Under the pieces are notes generated by a model, which was not told the DNA's origin, did not search any database, and saw only the letters and a list, made by a program, of their open reading frames with translations. The position numbers and the translations under genes were made by a program. DNA of 64,000 nucleotides, taken from an uncultured Caldilineaceae bacterium (GTDB taxonomy: Bacteria; Chloroflexota; Anaerolineae; Caldilineales; Caldilineaceae). Shown piece after piece: positions 9,240-18,140 of the stretch. The stretch spans positions 231,928-295,927 of the forward strand of contig CATOTS010000001.1 of the NCBI GenBank assembly GCA_951813625.1, in the 5' to 3' direction. Within the stretch, counting starts at the first letter, position 1; every line of letters begins with the position of its first letter.

Positions 9240-10652
9240 CATGAATTGGGTCATGAAGATGCCCAGCATCTCCTCTTCGGGATCGATCCAGAATTGGGTT
9301 GTGGCCGCACCGCCCCAGCCAAATATGCCAGCGCTTCCTGGGGCACCGGAAGCGGGCAAGTCGGCCAGAACGCTGACACCCAGGCCGAAGCCGTACCCGG
9401 CGTTGGGGTTGCCATTCAAGACGATTGGGACCAGTTCCGGGGGCAGGTGGTTGGCGCGCATCACTTCGAGCGTCTTTCGACCGAGCAGGCGGGCCCCGTC
9501 GAGCGCGCCGCCGTGGAGTAGCATCTGAGCAAAGCGCAGGTAATCGCCAACAGTTGAGACAAGGCCGCCGCCACCGGAGAGAAAGATAGGGGGCTCGGCG
9601 AAGCGGCTGGCACGCGGCGACTCGTGCAGCTCGATTTTCGACTTGTCGTTGTGGTTGACGTCATCCACCGACGCGTTCCTGGTCCTGGAATTGCGTCCAA
9701 GATCGCGGCCGAGGCTGAAGCCGCCGAGAGGGCAGTAGCAGGCGGAGAAGCGTTCGAGCGACTCGGCTGGCACTTGGAAAGCAGTGTCGTGCATGGCCAG
9801 CGGATTGAAGATCTCCTGGCGGAAAAAGTCGTCGAGCGGTTTCCCGGAGAGCGCCTCGACCAGTCGTCCCAGTACGTCGGTCGCCAGGCTGTAGTGCCAG
9901 CGGGCGCCAGGGTGGTAGAGCAGAGGCAGCGCGGCGAGCTTCTGCACCACGGTTTCCAGGGGGAGCTTGTTGCGGTCGCCGACCTGCTTACGGTACATCT
10001 TATCGACCGGAGAGTCCCGGTCCCAGCCGTAGCTCAGGCCTGCTGTGTGCATGAAGAGATCTTTGACAGTGATGGGCCGCTCCGGCGTCTCAAGGTTATC
10101 GAGGTCACCGGTGAAGACCTGTACATCCTTGAACTCGGGCAAGTATGTTGCGACCGGATCATCGAGGAGAAAGTGGCCATCCTCGAAGAGCATGAGTGCG
10201 GCGACGGCGGTGATCGGCTTGGTCATCGAGTAGACGCGGAAGATCGTATCCTCGGTCATGGGCCGTCCGGCCTCCGTGTCGCGCTGGCCGAATGCGCGGG
10301 CGTATGCAACCTCGCCTTTGCGGTAGATGAGGCCGAGGGCGCCGGAGAGCAGGCCGTCCTGCACGTACCGATCGAGGAGGCTGTCAACGCGGGCGAGGCG
10401 CTGGGTTGAGAATCCGATTCGCTCGGGTTGCGGGCTCGACATTGAGGGTCCTTTGGTTGAAGCGTTGGTCATCTTCGTCAGGCCTGGATGACGGTCATTG
10501 GGCGAGCTGCTGTTCTGTACCGGTGAGCGAGTGCTCGCGGCGGTCAGGGGGATGGAGGCTCGCTGCGAAATTGATCCTGTTTGCCTGAGGTGATCGGGCA
10601 TGGGTAGGCGCCATTTTTGGCGGACTTGGTCTGCTCGGGCGTCGTTGCCATC

Positions 10653-11918
10653 TCAGTCTACGAGTGCCTGGTAGGCCGCGAGGCGGAACTCGCGGGCAAC
10701 GGGATAGTAGTCGAAGGGCACGAATTGGGCCATCAGCAGGCCGATCATCTCCTCGGCGGGATCGATCCAGAACTGGGTTGTGGCGAGGCCGGCCCAACCG
10801 TAGGTCCCGGCGCTTTCTGGCCCGCTGGAGGCGGGCGGGTCTGTCAACACCCTGACGCCCAGGCCGAAGCCGTAGCCGCTGTCGGGCGTTGGGCCGACCT
10901 GGATTGGTATGAGGTCGACTGGCAAATGGTTGGCGCGCATCATATCGACCGTTTTGCGGCCGAGCAGCCGATTGCCGTCGAGCGCACCGCCGTTGAGCAG
11001 CATCTGGGCAAAGCGCAGGTAGTCGCCCGCGGTGGAAACGAGGCCGCCTCCGCCGGAAAGGAAGAGTGGCGGCCGCGTATAACGGCTGCCAGCGGGAGCG
11101 TCCTCCAGGTCAAATCTGGGCTCGCCGAGGTTGGCAGGATCATAGGGTTCGCCGAATTCGGGTCTCGGACTGGGGGGCGCGCCGGGTCCCATTTTGCCGC
11201 CGGGAGGCCAGTAGCAGGCGGCAAAGCGGTCGAGCGATTCGGGCGGCAGATGGAAGGCGGTGTCGTTCATGCCCAGGGGCGCGAAGATTTCCTGACGGAA
11301 GAAGCGATCCAGCGATTGGCCCGAGAGCAGTTCAACCAGACGGCCGAGGACGTCGGTCGCGTAGCTGTAAAGCCAGCGGGATCCCGGGTGGTAGAGAAGC
11401 GGTAGTGAGGCAATTCTCCGGACAAATGTCTCCAGAGTCAGTTGCTCGGTATCTCCAATTGTCTGTCGGTACTGCTCTTCGACAGGGTGTTCCATGTCCC
11501 AGCCGTAAGTCAGTCCCGCGGTGTGCATAAAGAGGTCCTTGACATTGATGGGCCGGTCGGGGACCTCAAGGTCTTCCATGTCGCCGGTGTAGACGCGAAC
11601 GTCCTCAAATTCAGGTATGTATGTTGCAACGGGGTCGTCGAGGAGGAAACGCCCGTCCTCGTAGAGCATGAGCGCGGCCACTGCGGTAATCGGTTTGGTC
11701 ATCGAGTAGATGCGGAAAAACGTGTCTTCGGTCATGGGCCGGCTTGTCTCAAGTTCGCTCATTCCGACGGCATTGGCGTAAGCGACTTCGCCTTTGCGGT
11801 AGATGAGACCGAGGATGCCGGCGAGGAGACCGCTTTGGACGTACCGCTCGAAGAGCCTGTCGACGCGGGACAGGCGTTCGCTAGAGAATCCGACTCGTTC
11901 TGGTTGAATTGGTTGCAC
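10653..11918 (-). CDS. beta-lactamase-fold serine hydrolase (paralog 2)
   Basis: 421 aa. SxxK motif YSMTKPIT, YSYATD (Y-x-N-like position), GWAG/GWGG near the C-terminus. Resembles the EstB/class-C beta-lactamase-related esterase family. Confidence 0.85.
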   Translation of the reverse strand: MQPIQPERVGFSSERLSRVDRLFERYVQSGLLAGILGLIYRKGEVAYANAVGMSELETSRPMTEDTFFRIYSMTKPITAVAALMLYEDGRFLLDDPVATYIPEFEDVRVYTGDMEDLEVPDRPINVKDLFMHTAGLTYGWDMEHPVEEQYRQTIGDTEQLTLETFVRRIASLPLLYHPGSRWLYSYATDVLGRLVELLSGQSLDRFFRQEIFAPLGMNDTAFHLPPESLDRFAACYWPPGGKMGPGAPPSPRPEFGEPYDPANLGEPRFDLEDAPAGSRYTRPPLFLSGGGGLVSTAGDYLRFAQMLLNGGALDGNRLLGRKTVDMMRANHLPVDLIPIQVGPTPDSGYGFGLGVRVLTDPPASSGPESAGTYGWAGLATTQFWIDPAEEMIGLLMAQFVPFDYYPVAREFRLAAYQALVD

Positions 11919-12003
11919 GGCGTGTCAAGTACCTTTCGTTTTGGTTCGGTTCGCGTGGCCCGAGACTACGGACAGGTTCAAGAGACTGAATCCCAGTGGC
12001 TGC

Positions 12004-13272
12004 TCAGGAGACCAGGGCTTGATATGCGGCAAGGCGGAACTCGCGGCTGATGAGGTAGTGGTCGATTGGCAGGTATTGGGCCATGAGCAAGCCAATCATC
12101 TCCTCCACCGGATCGATCCAGAAATCGGTCAAGGCGGCGCCGCTCCATCCGTACAGTCCAGGACTCCCCGGCGCGTTGGAGGCGGGGAGGTCGACCATTA
12201 CTCTGACTCCGAGTCCAAAACCGCAGCCGGAGTCGGCGCCGCCGCCAACTTCTATTGGTATGAGTTCAGAGGGCAGGTGGTTGGTGCGCATCATTTCAAC
12301 CGTCTTGCGACCGAGTAGGCGGTTTCCGTCGAGGATGCCGCCGTTGAGCAGCATCTGGGCAAAGCGAAGGTAGTCGCCTACAGTGGATACAAGGCCGCCT
12401 CCACCGGAGAGGAATAGCGGCGGCTTGGCATAAGGGCTGGAACCAGGGGCGTCTTCCAGTTCGAATTTCGGCCGTCTGGTACTCTCTGGACTGCTGGGCG
12501 GGTCGAACTCCGGTCTTGGGATGGGAGGGAACTCGTCTCCGAAGGCGAAGCCTCCGACCGGGCCGTAGCAGGCGGAAAACCGGTCCAGTGACGCAAGGGG
12601 CACGCTGAAGGCGGTGTCGGACATGCCGAGCGGCTTGAGAATCTCTTGGAAAAAGAATTGATCGAGGGACTGGCCTGAAAGCAGCTCTACCAGACGGCCC
12701 AGCAGATCGGTTGCGTACCCATAGTGCCAGCATTCACCTGGATGGAAAAGCAGAGGCAGTGTAGCAAGTCTCTGGGCCAGATTCTCCAGTGAGAGGGTGC
12801 CGTATTCGCCCAGAGCCTGTCGATACAGACCCTCGACCGGTTCTCCAAGTCCCCAACCGTAGCTGAGGCCGGCGGTGTGCATGAAGAGGTCCTTGACGGT
12901 GATGGGCCGCCTGGGCGTCTCCAAGTTTTCCAGGTCGCCTGTGTAGACCCGCATATCTTCGAACTGGGGCATGTGGATGGAAAGCGGGTCATCAAGGAGG
13001 AAATGGCCGTCCTCATAGAGCATGAGGGCCGCAACCGAGGTGATCGGCTTGGTCATGGAGTAGATGCGGAAGATGGTATCCTCGGTCATGGGGCGGCCGG
13101 TCTCGATTTCCCGTTGACCGATGGCATTGTAGTAAGCGACTTCACCCTTGCGGTAGATCAAGGCGAGGGCACCGGCCAGATAGCCTCCATGCACGTACCG
13201 TTCGAGCAGCCTGTCGACGCGGGAGAGGCGTTGCGGCGAAAGTCCGGCTCGTTGCGGCTGAGAAGATATCAT
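12004..13272 (-). CDS. beta-lactamase-fold serine hydrolase (paralog 3)
   Basis: 422 aa, colinear with paralog 2 (YSMTKPITSVAALMLYEDG, HTAGLSYGW, LFLSGGGGLVSTVGDYLRFAQMLLNGG). Confidence 0.85.
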   Translation of the reverse strand: MISSQPQRAGLSPQRLSRVDRLLERYVHGGYLAGALALIYRKGEVAYYNAIGQREIETGRPMTEDTIFRIYSMTKPITSVAALMLYEDGHFLLDDPLSIHMPQFEDMRVYTGDLENLETPRRPITVKDLFMHTAGLSYGWGLGEPVEGLYRQALGEYGTLSLENLAQRLATLPLLFHPGECWHYGYATDLLGRLVELLSGQSLDQFFFQEILKPLGMSDTAFSVPLASLDRFSACYGPVGGFAFGDEFPPIPRPEFDPPSSPESTRRPKFELEDAPGSSPYAKPPLFLSGGGGLVSTVGDYLRFAQMLLNGGILDGNRLLGRKTVEMMRTNHLPSELIPIEVGGGADSGCGFGLGVRVMVDLPASNAPGSPGLYGWSGAALTDFWIDPVEEMIGLLMAQYLPIDHYLISREFRLAAYQALVS

Positions 13273-13311
13273 CGGAGTTCCTTGTGCGAATGGCAGGGCG
13301 GACGATAGCGG

Positions 13312-14529
13312 CTAATCTGCGGCCGCGGCCGCGGGAGACAGTTCAGGTCGTTCAGGGATAGGCAGATGGACGAGGGCTGCGAATACACCAAGGGCGATGC
13401 TGGCGATCCAGACTGGCAGGTAGGTGCCCGAGGCGTCGTAGATGCGGCCGCCCAGCCAGACGCCGATAAAGGCGCCGATCTGATGGCTGAAGAAGACGAT
13501 GCCGTAGAGCGTTGACAGGTAGCGGGTGCCGAAGAAGAGGGCTACTGTTCCACTGGTAAGGGGGACGGTCGCCAGCCAGAGAAAGCCGATCGCGCCGCCG
13601 AAAATGAGCGCTGAGAGACGGGTGACGGGCGCGAGCAGAAAGAGCAGGATGACAACGGCGCGGCCGAAGTAGATGAGGCTGAGCATGTATTTGCGCGGGA
13701 AGCGGTCGCCGAGCCAGCCGAAGGTCATTGAACCGAGAATGTTGAAGGCGCCGATGAGCGCCAGCGCGCCGGCGGCGACGAATTCCGGCTGCCCGTAGTC
13801 GCCCAGGAAGGCGGGCAGATGGGCGCTGATGAAGGCGACGTGGAAGCCGCAGACGAAGAAGCCAGCTGTCAGTAGCAGGTAGCCGCGATTGCGGACGGCT
13901 CGATTGAACACTCCCAGGAAGGGCTCGTCAACGTGCGGTTGCTGCTCGCCATGCAACTGTGTGCCTGGGCGGCGGGGGAGGCCAAAAGCCATGATCGCGA
14001 CGATGCCTGAAACTGCAGCCAGGGCATAGAGTGCGCCCTGCCAGCCGAAGTTGGCGAGCAGCAGATGGGCCAAGGGCGGCAGCACGAACATGCCTGCCGA
14101 GCCGGTGGCGGTGATGAGGCCGAAGACGCGACTGCGCTGTTCCTCTGTGACCAACTGGGCGACCGCGCCGAGCACAATGACGAAGTTGGTTGCGCTCAGG
14201 GCGACGCCGACGAGCAGTCCTAAGGAGAGGACGAGGCCCAGGGTTGATGTAACCATCGTCAACAGGATGAGGCCCACGGCGTATAGGAAAGAGCCTGCGA
14301 TCAAGACGCGGCGGGGCCCGAAACGGTCAGAAAGGAGACCGATCAGGGGAAGTCCGAAGACGAGATTGTTGACGGCGAAGGCGATGCTGAGGTTTTCGCG
14401 ACCGGTCCCCAGTGACTCGGTGATGGGTGCAAGGAAAAGGCCGAAGCTGGAGCGGATGCCTAAACTTATCATCACCGCCAGTGAGGCGGAGAGTACGGCG
14501 ACAACGACGATTTTGCGATTGCTACTCAC
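13312..14529 (-). CDS. MFS transporter
   Basis: Hydrophobic 12-TM pattern with LLSDRFGPRRVL after TM2. The ORF opens at 14880, but the N-terminal 117 aa are Arg/Pro-rich junk. GTG at 14529 is preceded by GGAGAA at a spacing of 6-7 nt. Confidence 0.75.
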   Translation of the reverse strand: MSSNRKIVVVAVLSASLAVMISLGIRSSFGLFLAPITESLGTGRENLSIAFAVNNLVFGLPLIGLLSDRFGPRRVLIAGSFLYAVGLILLTMVTSTLGLVLSLGLLVGVALSATNFVIVLGAVAQLVTEEQRSRVFGLITATGSAGMFVLPPLAHLLLANFGWQGALYALAAVSGIVAIMAFGLPRRPGTQLHGEQQPHVDEPFLGVFNRAVRNRGYLLLTAGFFVCGFHVAFISAHLPAFLGDYGQPEFVAAGALALIGAFNILGSMTFGWLGDRFPRKYMLSLIYFGRAVVILLFLLAPVTRLSALIFGGAIGFLWLATVPLTSGTVALFFGTRYLSTLYGIVFFSHQIGAFIGVWLGGRIYDASGTYLPVWIASIALGVFAALVHLPIPERPELSPAAAAAD

Positions 14530-14614
14530 CCGATATTCTCCGTGAACCGTGGGACAAGCGGGCGGATGCCATGCGGGAAGTGCGCGGCGGCCTGCACGTC
14601 GCCTGCGACGGCAG

Positions 14615-15397
14615 TCATGATGGGCGCCGCGCGACTGCGATGTAGACGACTGCGGCCGTGATTGCGAAGCCGAACCATTGGAGCGCGTAGCTGAGATGGT
14701 TGCCCTCGCTGAAAGTGATGTCCGATTGAATGCGCCTGGGCAGCGACGACGGGTCGTAACTTTCCGGAAGCAGCTGCAGGACGACCGGCAACAGATCATA
14801 GGGAAGGGTTCGACCGATGGCTTCAATGTCCAGGCGGTACCAGCCGGTGACCGCGTCTTGCGGGACGGCAGAGACGGCACCGTCGGGACGGAGGATGGTC
14901 GGTTTCAGGATGCCCGATTGGAGGCCGGCTGACCGTTCGTCCAGGGTGCGCCATGTGCTCGGATCGGCCTCGTCAAGAGGAATCCAGCCGCGATTAACGA
15001 GTACGGCCTTGCCCGACCCGGCGATAAGGAGCGGTGTAATCAGATGGTGGCCGGGCTGGCCGTCCAGATTCTGATTGCGGACCGCAACCTGGCGGGCGTA
15101 GTCAAATTCTCCAATGGCTACGGCCTGGCGATCGCGCATTTCGGGAGGCGGGAAGGGCAGGGGAGCGCCGGTCAGGTCGATTGGTGCGGCGGCGAGCGCG
15201 GCGCGGCGCTGTAGGTTGAACGCGCGGCGCTGCTCGAGCCTGTCCAGCTGCCAGAAACCGAGTGCGACCATTGCACCCATCGCCAGCAGGACGAGGAGGG
15301 TCTTCCACCACCAGCGTCTGCTGAACAGGAGGCCTAAAGTCGCGCCTACGACTCCAAGGTTCGTCCTCGTACGCGTCCTGTGCGCCCCGACGGTCAT
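14615..15397 (-). CDS. SURF1-family cytochrome oxidase biogenesis protein
   Basis: N-terminal TM followed by GFWQLDRLEQRRA (SURF1 signature), LVNRGWIP, and a C-terminal TM with YALQWFGFA. Start chosen at M 15397, overlapping the upstream stop (ATGA). Confidence 0.8.
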   Translation of the reverse strand: MTVGAHRTRTRTNLGVVGATLGLLFSRRWWWKTLLVLLAMGAMVALGFWQLDRLEQRRAFNLQRRAALAAAPIDLTGAPLPFPPPEMRDRQAVAIGEFDYARQVAVRNQNLDGQPGHHLITPLLIAGSGKAVLVNRGWIPLDEADPSTWRTLDERSAGLQSGILKPTILRPDGAVSAVPQDAVTGWYRLDIEAIGRTLPYDLLPVVLQLLPESYDPSSLPRRIQSDITFSEGNHLSYALQWFGFAITAAVVYIAVARRPS

Positions 15398-16101
15398 GAC
15401 TGGCCGCCCTCCAGGACGGGGTCGCGTTCTTTGCTGTCCCGTTCCTCGGCCGGCGCGGCGGCCGGCTGGGTCTTCCAATAGAGCAGGGCTGCGCCCAGGA
15501 AGAGCAGAATAGAAAGCAGCCCGCCAAATAGCGCCCGCCAGGGGAAGGCTTTGGGCAGGATCTCGTCTTCGTAGGCGACGGTTTGGACGTTTTCGCAGTC
15601 TGAGGCTTGTGAGCTGCTACCGCCATCACCGCCTTCGGTAGGGGCGCAGGCCGCCGGGGCGATGCGTACTTGCACCGACCACGCACCCCCCTCGTCGGGC
15701 GCAAAGGAGGCCTCGTAGAAGAGTTTGTTGAGCGCGTCGTCGTGCGTGGCCCTGGCGCTGAGCGTTTCGCCGGTCTCTACGTGGGTGATTTCGACAGTCA
15801 CAAAGGCATCCAGGATGGGAGCGCCGGCCAGGCCGGTTGCGTCGCCTTCGATATTTTCGGTCAGGGCGACTGTTACGTGATACTCGCCGACTGTCGGCGG
15901 CTCGGGGTCGGACCAGACGAATACGCGGTAGGGTCCTGCGAGAACGTTATTCAGGTGTTGGATGCCAACGCCGGCGTGGGCCAGCAACTGGCTGGGAGAC
16001 AACGCTGCGAACAGCAGGACGAGCATGGTGACACTCAGCTGAAGGACTCGGTTATCTTTAGGCATCTCTTTTTTCCGCAGATACAGGCGTCGTGCCTGCA
16101 T
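15394..16101 (-). CDS. membrane-anchored hypothetical protein in cox operon (possible YtkA/FixH-like Ig-fold domain)
   Basis: Signal/anchor helix, a beta-rich domain of about 130 aa beginning LLAHAGVGIQH, a Cys/Gly/Ser-rich linker, and a C-terminal TM helix. The start is uncertain (16101 or M at 16065). Confidence 0.5.
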   Translation of the reverse strand: MQARRLYLRKKEMPKDNRVLQLSVTMLVLLFAALSPSQLLAHAGVGIQHLNNVLAGPYRVFVWSDPEPPTVGEYHVTVALTENIEGDATGLAGAPILDAFVTVEITHVETGETLSARATHDDALNKLFYEASFAPDEGGAWSVQVRIAPAACAPTEGGDGGSSSQASDCENVQTVAYEDEILPKAFPWRALFGGLLSILLFLGAALLYWKTQPAAAPAEERDSKERDPVLEGGQS

Positions 16102-16152
16102 TTCCGTGTCCCGTCGGGTTAACGGAAGCTGCGATTGCGCTGCGGCCGACCG

Positions 16153-17088
16153 CTAACTGCAGGGCACCGCGTTTGGAGCGCCTGCATCGGGAGGCCGCGC
16201 CATGCCCATCACCGGCGGGTGAGGCCGCCTGGCGTGCGTCTGCCGTTCGGCGTTGGTCAGGAGGCGCGCCAGCAGAACGAGCGCAGCGATCACGTACATC
16301 ATGCTGCCGGGAATCCACATAATCAGACCGCCCCAGACCTGGTCGTCCATAACACTGAGGCCGAAGAGACGCGGGACGGTCTCGTAATACGGATAGATGG
16401 GTGTTTCGGCGAAGGAAAGGGCCACGCCGAGCAGCATGTTGGGCGGAATCATGGCAAGGACGTAGCCTACCCGCATCCACTGGGCAGGCTTGGGATGAAT
16501 GCGCGGCGCGGCGCCGGTGACGTGCCACCAGAAAAGAAAGGCCGCGCCGATAAAGGTGAGATGTTCCAGCCGGTGCACCGATTCGAGACGGAGCGCGAGG
16601 CTGTAGGCATTGCCGTCGTGCCAGGCAAAAAAGGTCAGAACGTAGAGGACCCAGGCGGTTCCTGGTCCGGATATCTTGCGCGCTACGCGGCTGGCGGGGC
16701 TGTCGGCGGTAAGCCAGCGCAGAAGGCGGCGGCAGGCACTGGCTGTGACATGGCGCTGCCGGTCGGGAAGAGCCCAGAGAAAGGTCGGGAACGGGTTCGC
16801 CAGCAGAAGGAGCGGGGCGGCGACCATCATCAGCAGCAGGTGCTGCACCATGTGGACCGAGAACAGCTGCCCGCTGAGAACATCGAGCGGCGACAGGAGT
16901 GCCAGCGCCAGGACGAAGATGCCGCCGGAGTAGGACGCGAGGCGCCACCAGTTGGCAAATCGCCCGTCGCTGCGCTGACGCAGTCTGAGCCAGCCGACTA
17001 AATGAATCGTGGCCAGCAAGAGCAGCGGTAGCAGGATTCCGGGGCGGGGATCCCAGGAAAGCAGTAGCGCTCTTGTTAGCGGGTTCAT
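16153..17088 (-). CDS. ctaG: cytochrome c oxidase assembly factor CtaG (caa3/Bacillus type)
   Basis: 311-aa polytopic protein with SVHMVQHLLLMMVAAPLLLL and later HxxxH-type segments, typical of the caa3_CtaG family. Positioned directly after ctaE. Confidence 0.75.
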   Translation of the reverse strand: MNPLTRALLLSWDPRPGILLPLLLLATIHLVGWLRLRQRSDGRFANWWRLASYSGGIFVLALALLSPLDVLSGQLFSVHMVQHLLLMMVAAPLLLLANPFPTFLWALPDRQRHVTASACRRLLRWLTADSPASRVARKISGPGTAWVLYVLTFFAWHDGNAYSLALRLESVHRLEHLTFIGAAFLFWWHVTGAAPRIHPKPAQWMRVGYVLAMIPPNMLLGVALSFAETPIYPYYETVPRLFGLSVMDDQVWGGLIMWIPGSMMYVIAALVLLARLLTNAERQTHARRPHPPVMGMARPPDAGAPNAVPCS

Positions 17089-17179
17089 ACAGCGCTCATG
17101 AGGGGAGGCGGCAGCGCGAATTGCTGCTCAGCGGAGCGCTGCATCGCGCTATGCGAAGATCGCCCCGGCATATCCCCTA

Positions 17180-17854
17180 TCAATGACCCGAGACGTAAGG
17201 TATGCCTATCAGATAGATGGCCGGATAGAAGAATATCCAAACGAGATCGACATAGTGCCAATAGATGGCGCAGGCCTCCACGCCCCAGTGGCGTTCGCCG
17301 GAGAAATGGCCTTTGCGCCCGAGCCACCAGACGTTGAGGATCAATACGACGCCGGAGAGGACGTGCAAGGCGTGCATGCCGGTCATCCCGAAGACGACCG
17401 CGCCGAAAACGCCGTCGGTCGGTTTGAGGTGGCCCTTGACAAGGCCGGGGAACATGCCCCATTCCCAGACGACGACGCCGACGAGGAAGGCCGTGCCCAG
17501 CACGGCGGTGATGAGCAGGCTGGCGAGGAAGTCCTTGCGTTTGTCGTTGGCGATCGATATCTCGGCGCGGTTCATAAAGTAGCTGCTGAGCAGCAGGACA
17601 GCGGTAACGACCAGACCGGAGAACTGATCCAGTTCGGGGCGAATGACCTCGCCATGCGGGCCACGCCAGAGATAGAAGCGGGTTACCAGCAGGGCCAGGA
17701 ACAGGAAGGCTTCGGAGGCGAAGAATAGCCACATGCCGAGCCGGTTGCGGCGCGTATTTTCGCGGTAGGTCTCCAGATCTGTCTCGTGGTCGTGGCCATG
17801 GTCATCATCGGCGTGAACGTGCGTGTGATCATGGGGAACTGCGGTTGCGCTCAT
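17180..17854 (-). CDS. ctaE: cytochrome c oxidase subunit III
   Basis: His-rich N-terminus then GMWLFFASEAFLFLALL..., WHYVDLVWIFFYP (WHFVDVVW-type signature). Confidence 0.9.
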   Translation of the reverse strand: MSATAVPHDHTHVHADDDHGHDHETDLETYRENTRRNRLGMWLFFASEAFLFLALLVTRFYLWRGPHGEVIRPELDQFSGLVVTAVLLLSSYFMNRAEISIANDKRKDFLASLLITAVLGTAFLVGVVVWEWGMFPGLVKGHLKPTDGVFGAVVFGMTGMHALHVLSGVVLILNVWWLGRKGHFSGERHWGVEACAIYWHYVDLVWIFFYPAIYLIGIPYVSGH

Positions 17855-18075
17855 CAGTGATCACCCTCCGACCAGACGCTGCGGATGTGCATAAAGTAGT
17901 TGACGACCAGGACGGCCTTCAGCAGCGCCAGGATCATCAGGATGGCGAAAGAGTCGAACGGCGGCGTGATCGCGGCGTAATACTCGATGAGGGTCAGGAC
18001 CGCGAGGACGACGGCGACGATGATCCCTTCGCGGTAGATGGCTGACTTTCGTTTGGGCGGGCTGTGTTCGCTCAT
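17854..18075 (-). CDS. cytochrome c oxidase subunit IV (prokaryotic COX4-like)
   Basis: 73 aa, two TM helices, LLKAVLVVNYFMHI motif. The stop overlaps the ctaE start by 1 nt (TGATG). Confidence 0.65.
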   Translation of the reverse strand: MSEHSPPKRKSAIYREGIIVAVVLAVLTLIEYYAAITPPFDSFAILMILALLKAVLVVNYFMHIRSVWSEGDH

Positions 18076-18140
18076 TTTGACTCTCTTGTCACGGCTGAGA
18101 CGGTGTGCTATGCGCTTGTCCGGACTTGCATGCCGACGGG

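Larger units (their letters stand above)
7627..10442 (-). pseudogene. beta-lactamase-fold serine hydrolase (paralog 1) split by IS66-family insertion
   Basis: The N-terminal 403 codons (10442-9232) end ...FWIDPEEEMLGIFMTQFMPSG. The C-terminal tail HYPVTREFRVAAYQALVD* lies at 7684-7627 on the far side of the IS. Contains SxxK (YSMTKPIT). Colinear with paralogs at 10653-11918 and 12004-13272. Confidence 0.85.

Noticed and set aside
14530-14880. N-terminal 117-aa extension of the MFS ORF 13312-14880. Similar long upstream extensions occur on ctaC, lepA, cobA, sirC, aspS, the PHP gene, NnrE, PhyH and rpsT.
   Set aside because: The extensions are Arg/Pro-rich, lack homology to the family N-termini, and often overlap the neighbouring gene. 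Conserved N-termini begin at internal Met/Val codons, several with Shine-Dalgarno-like sequences.
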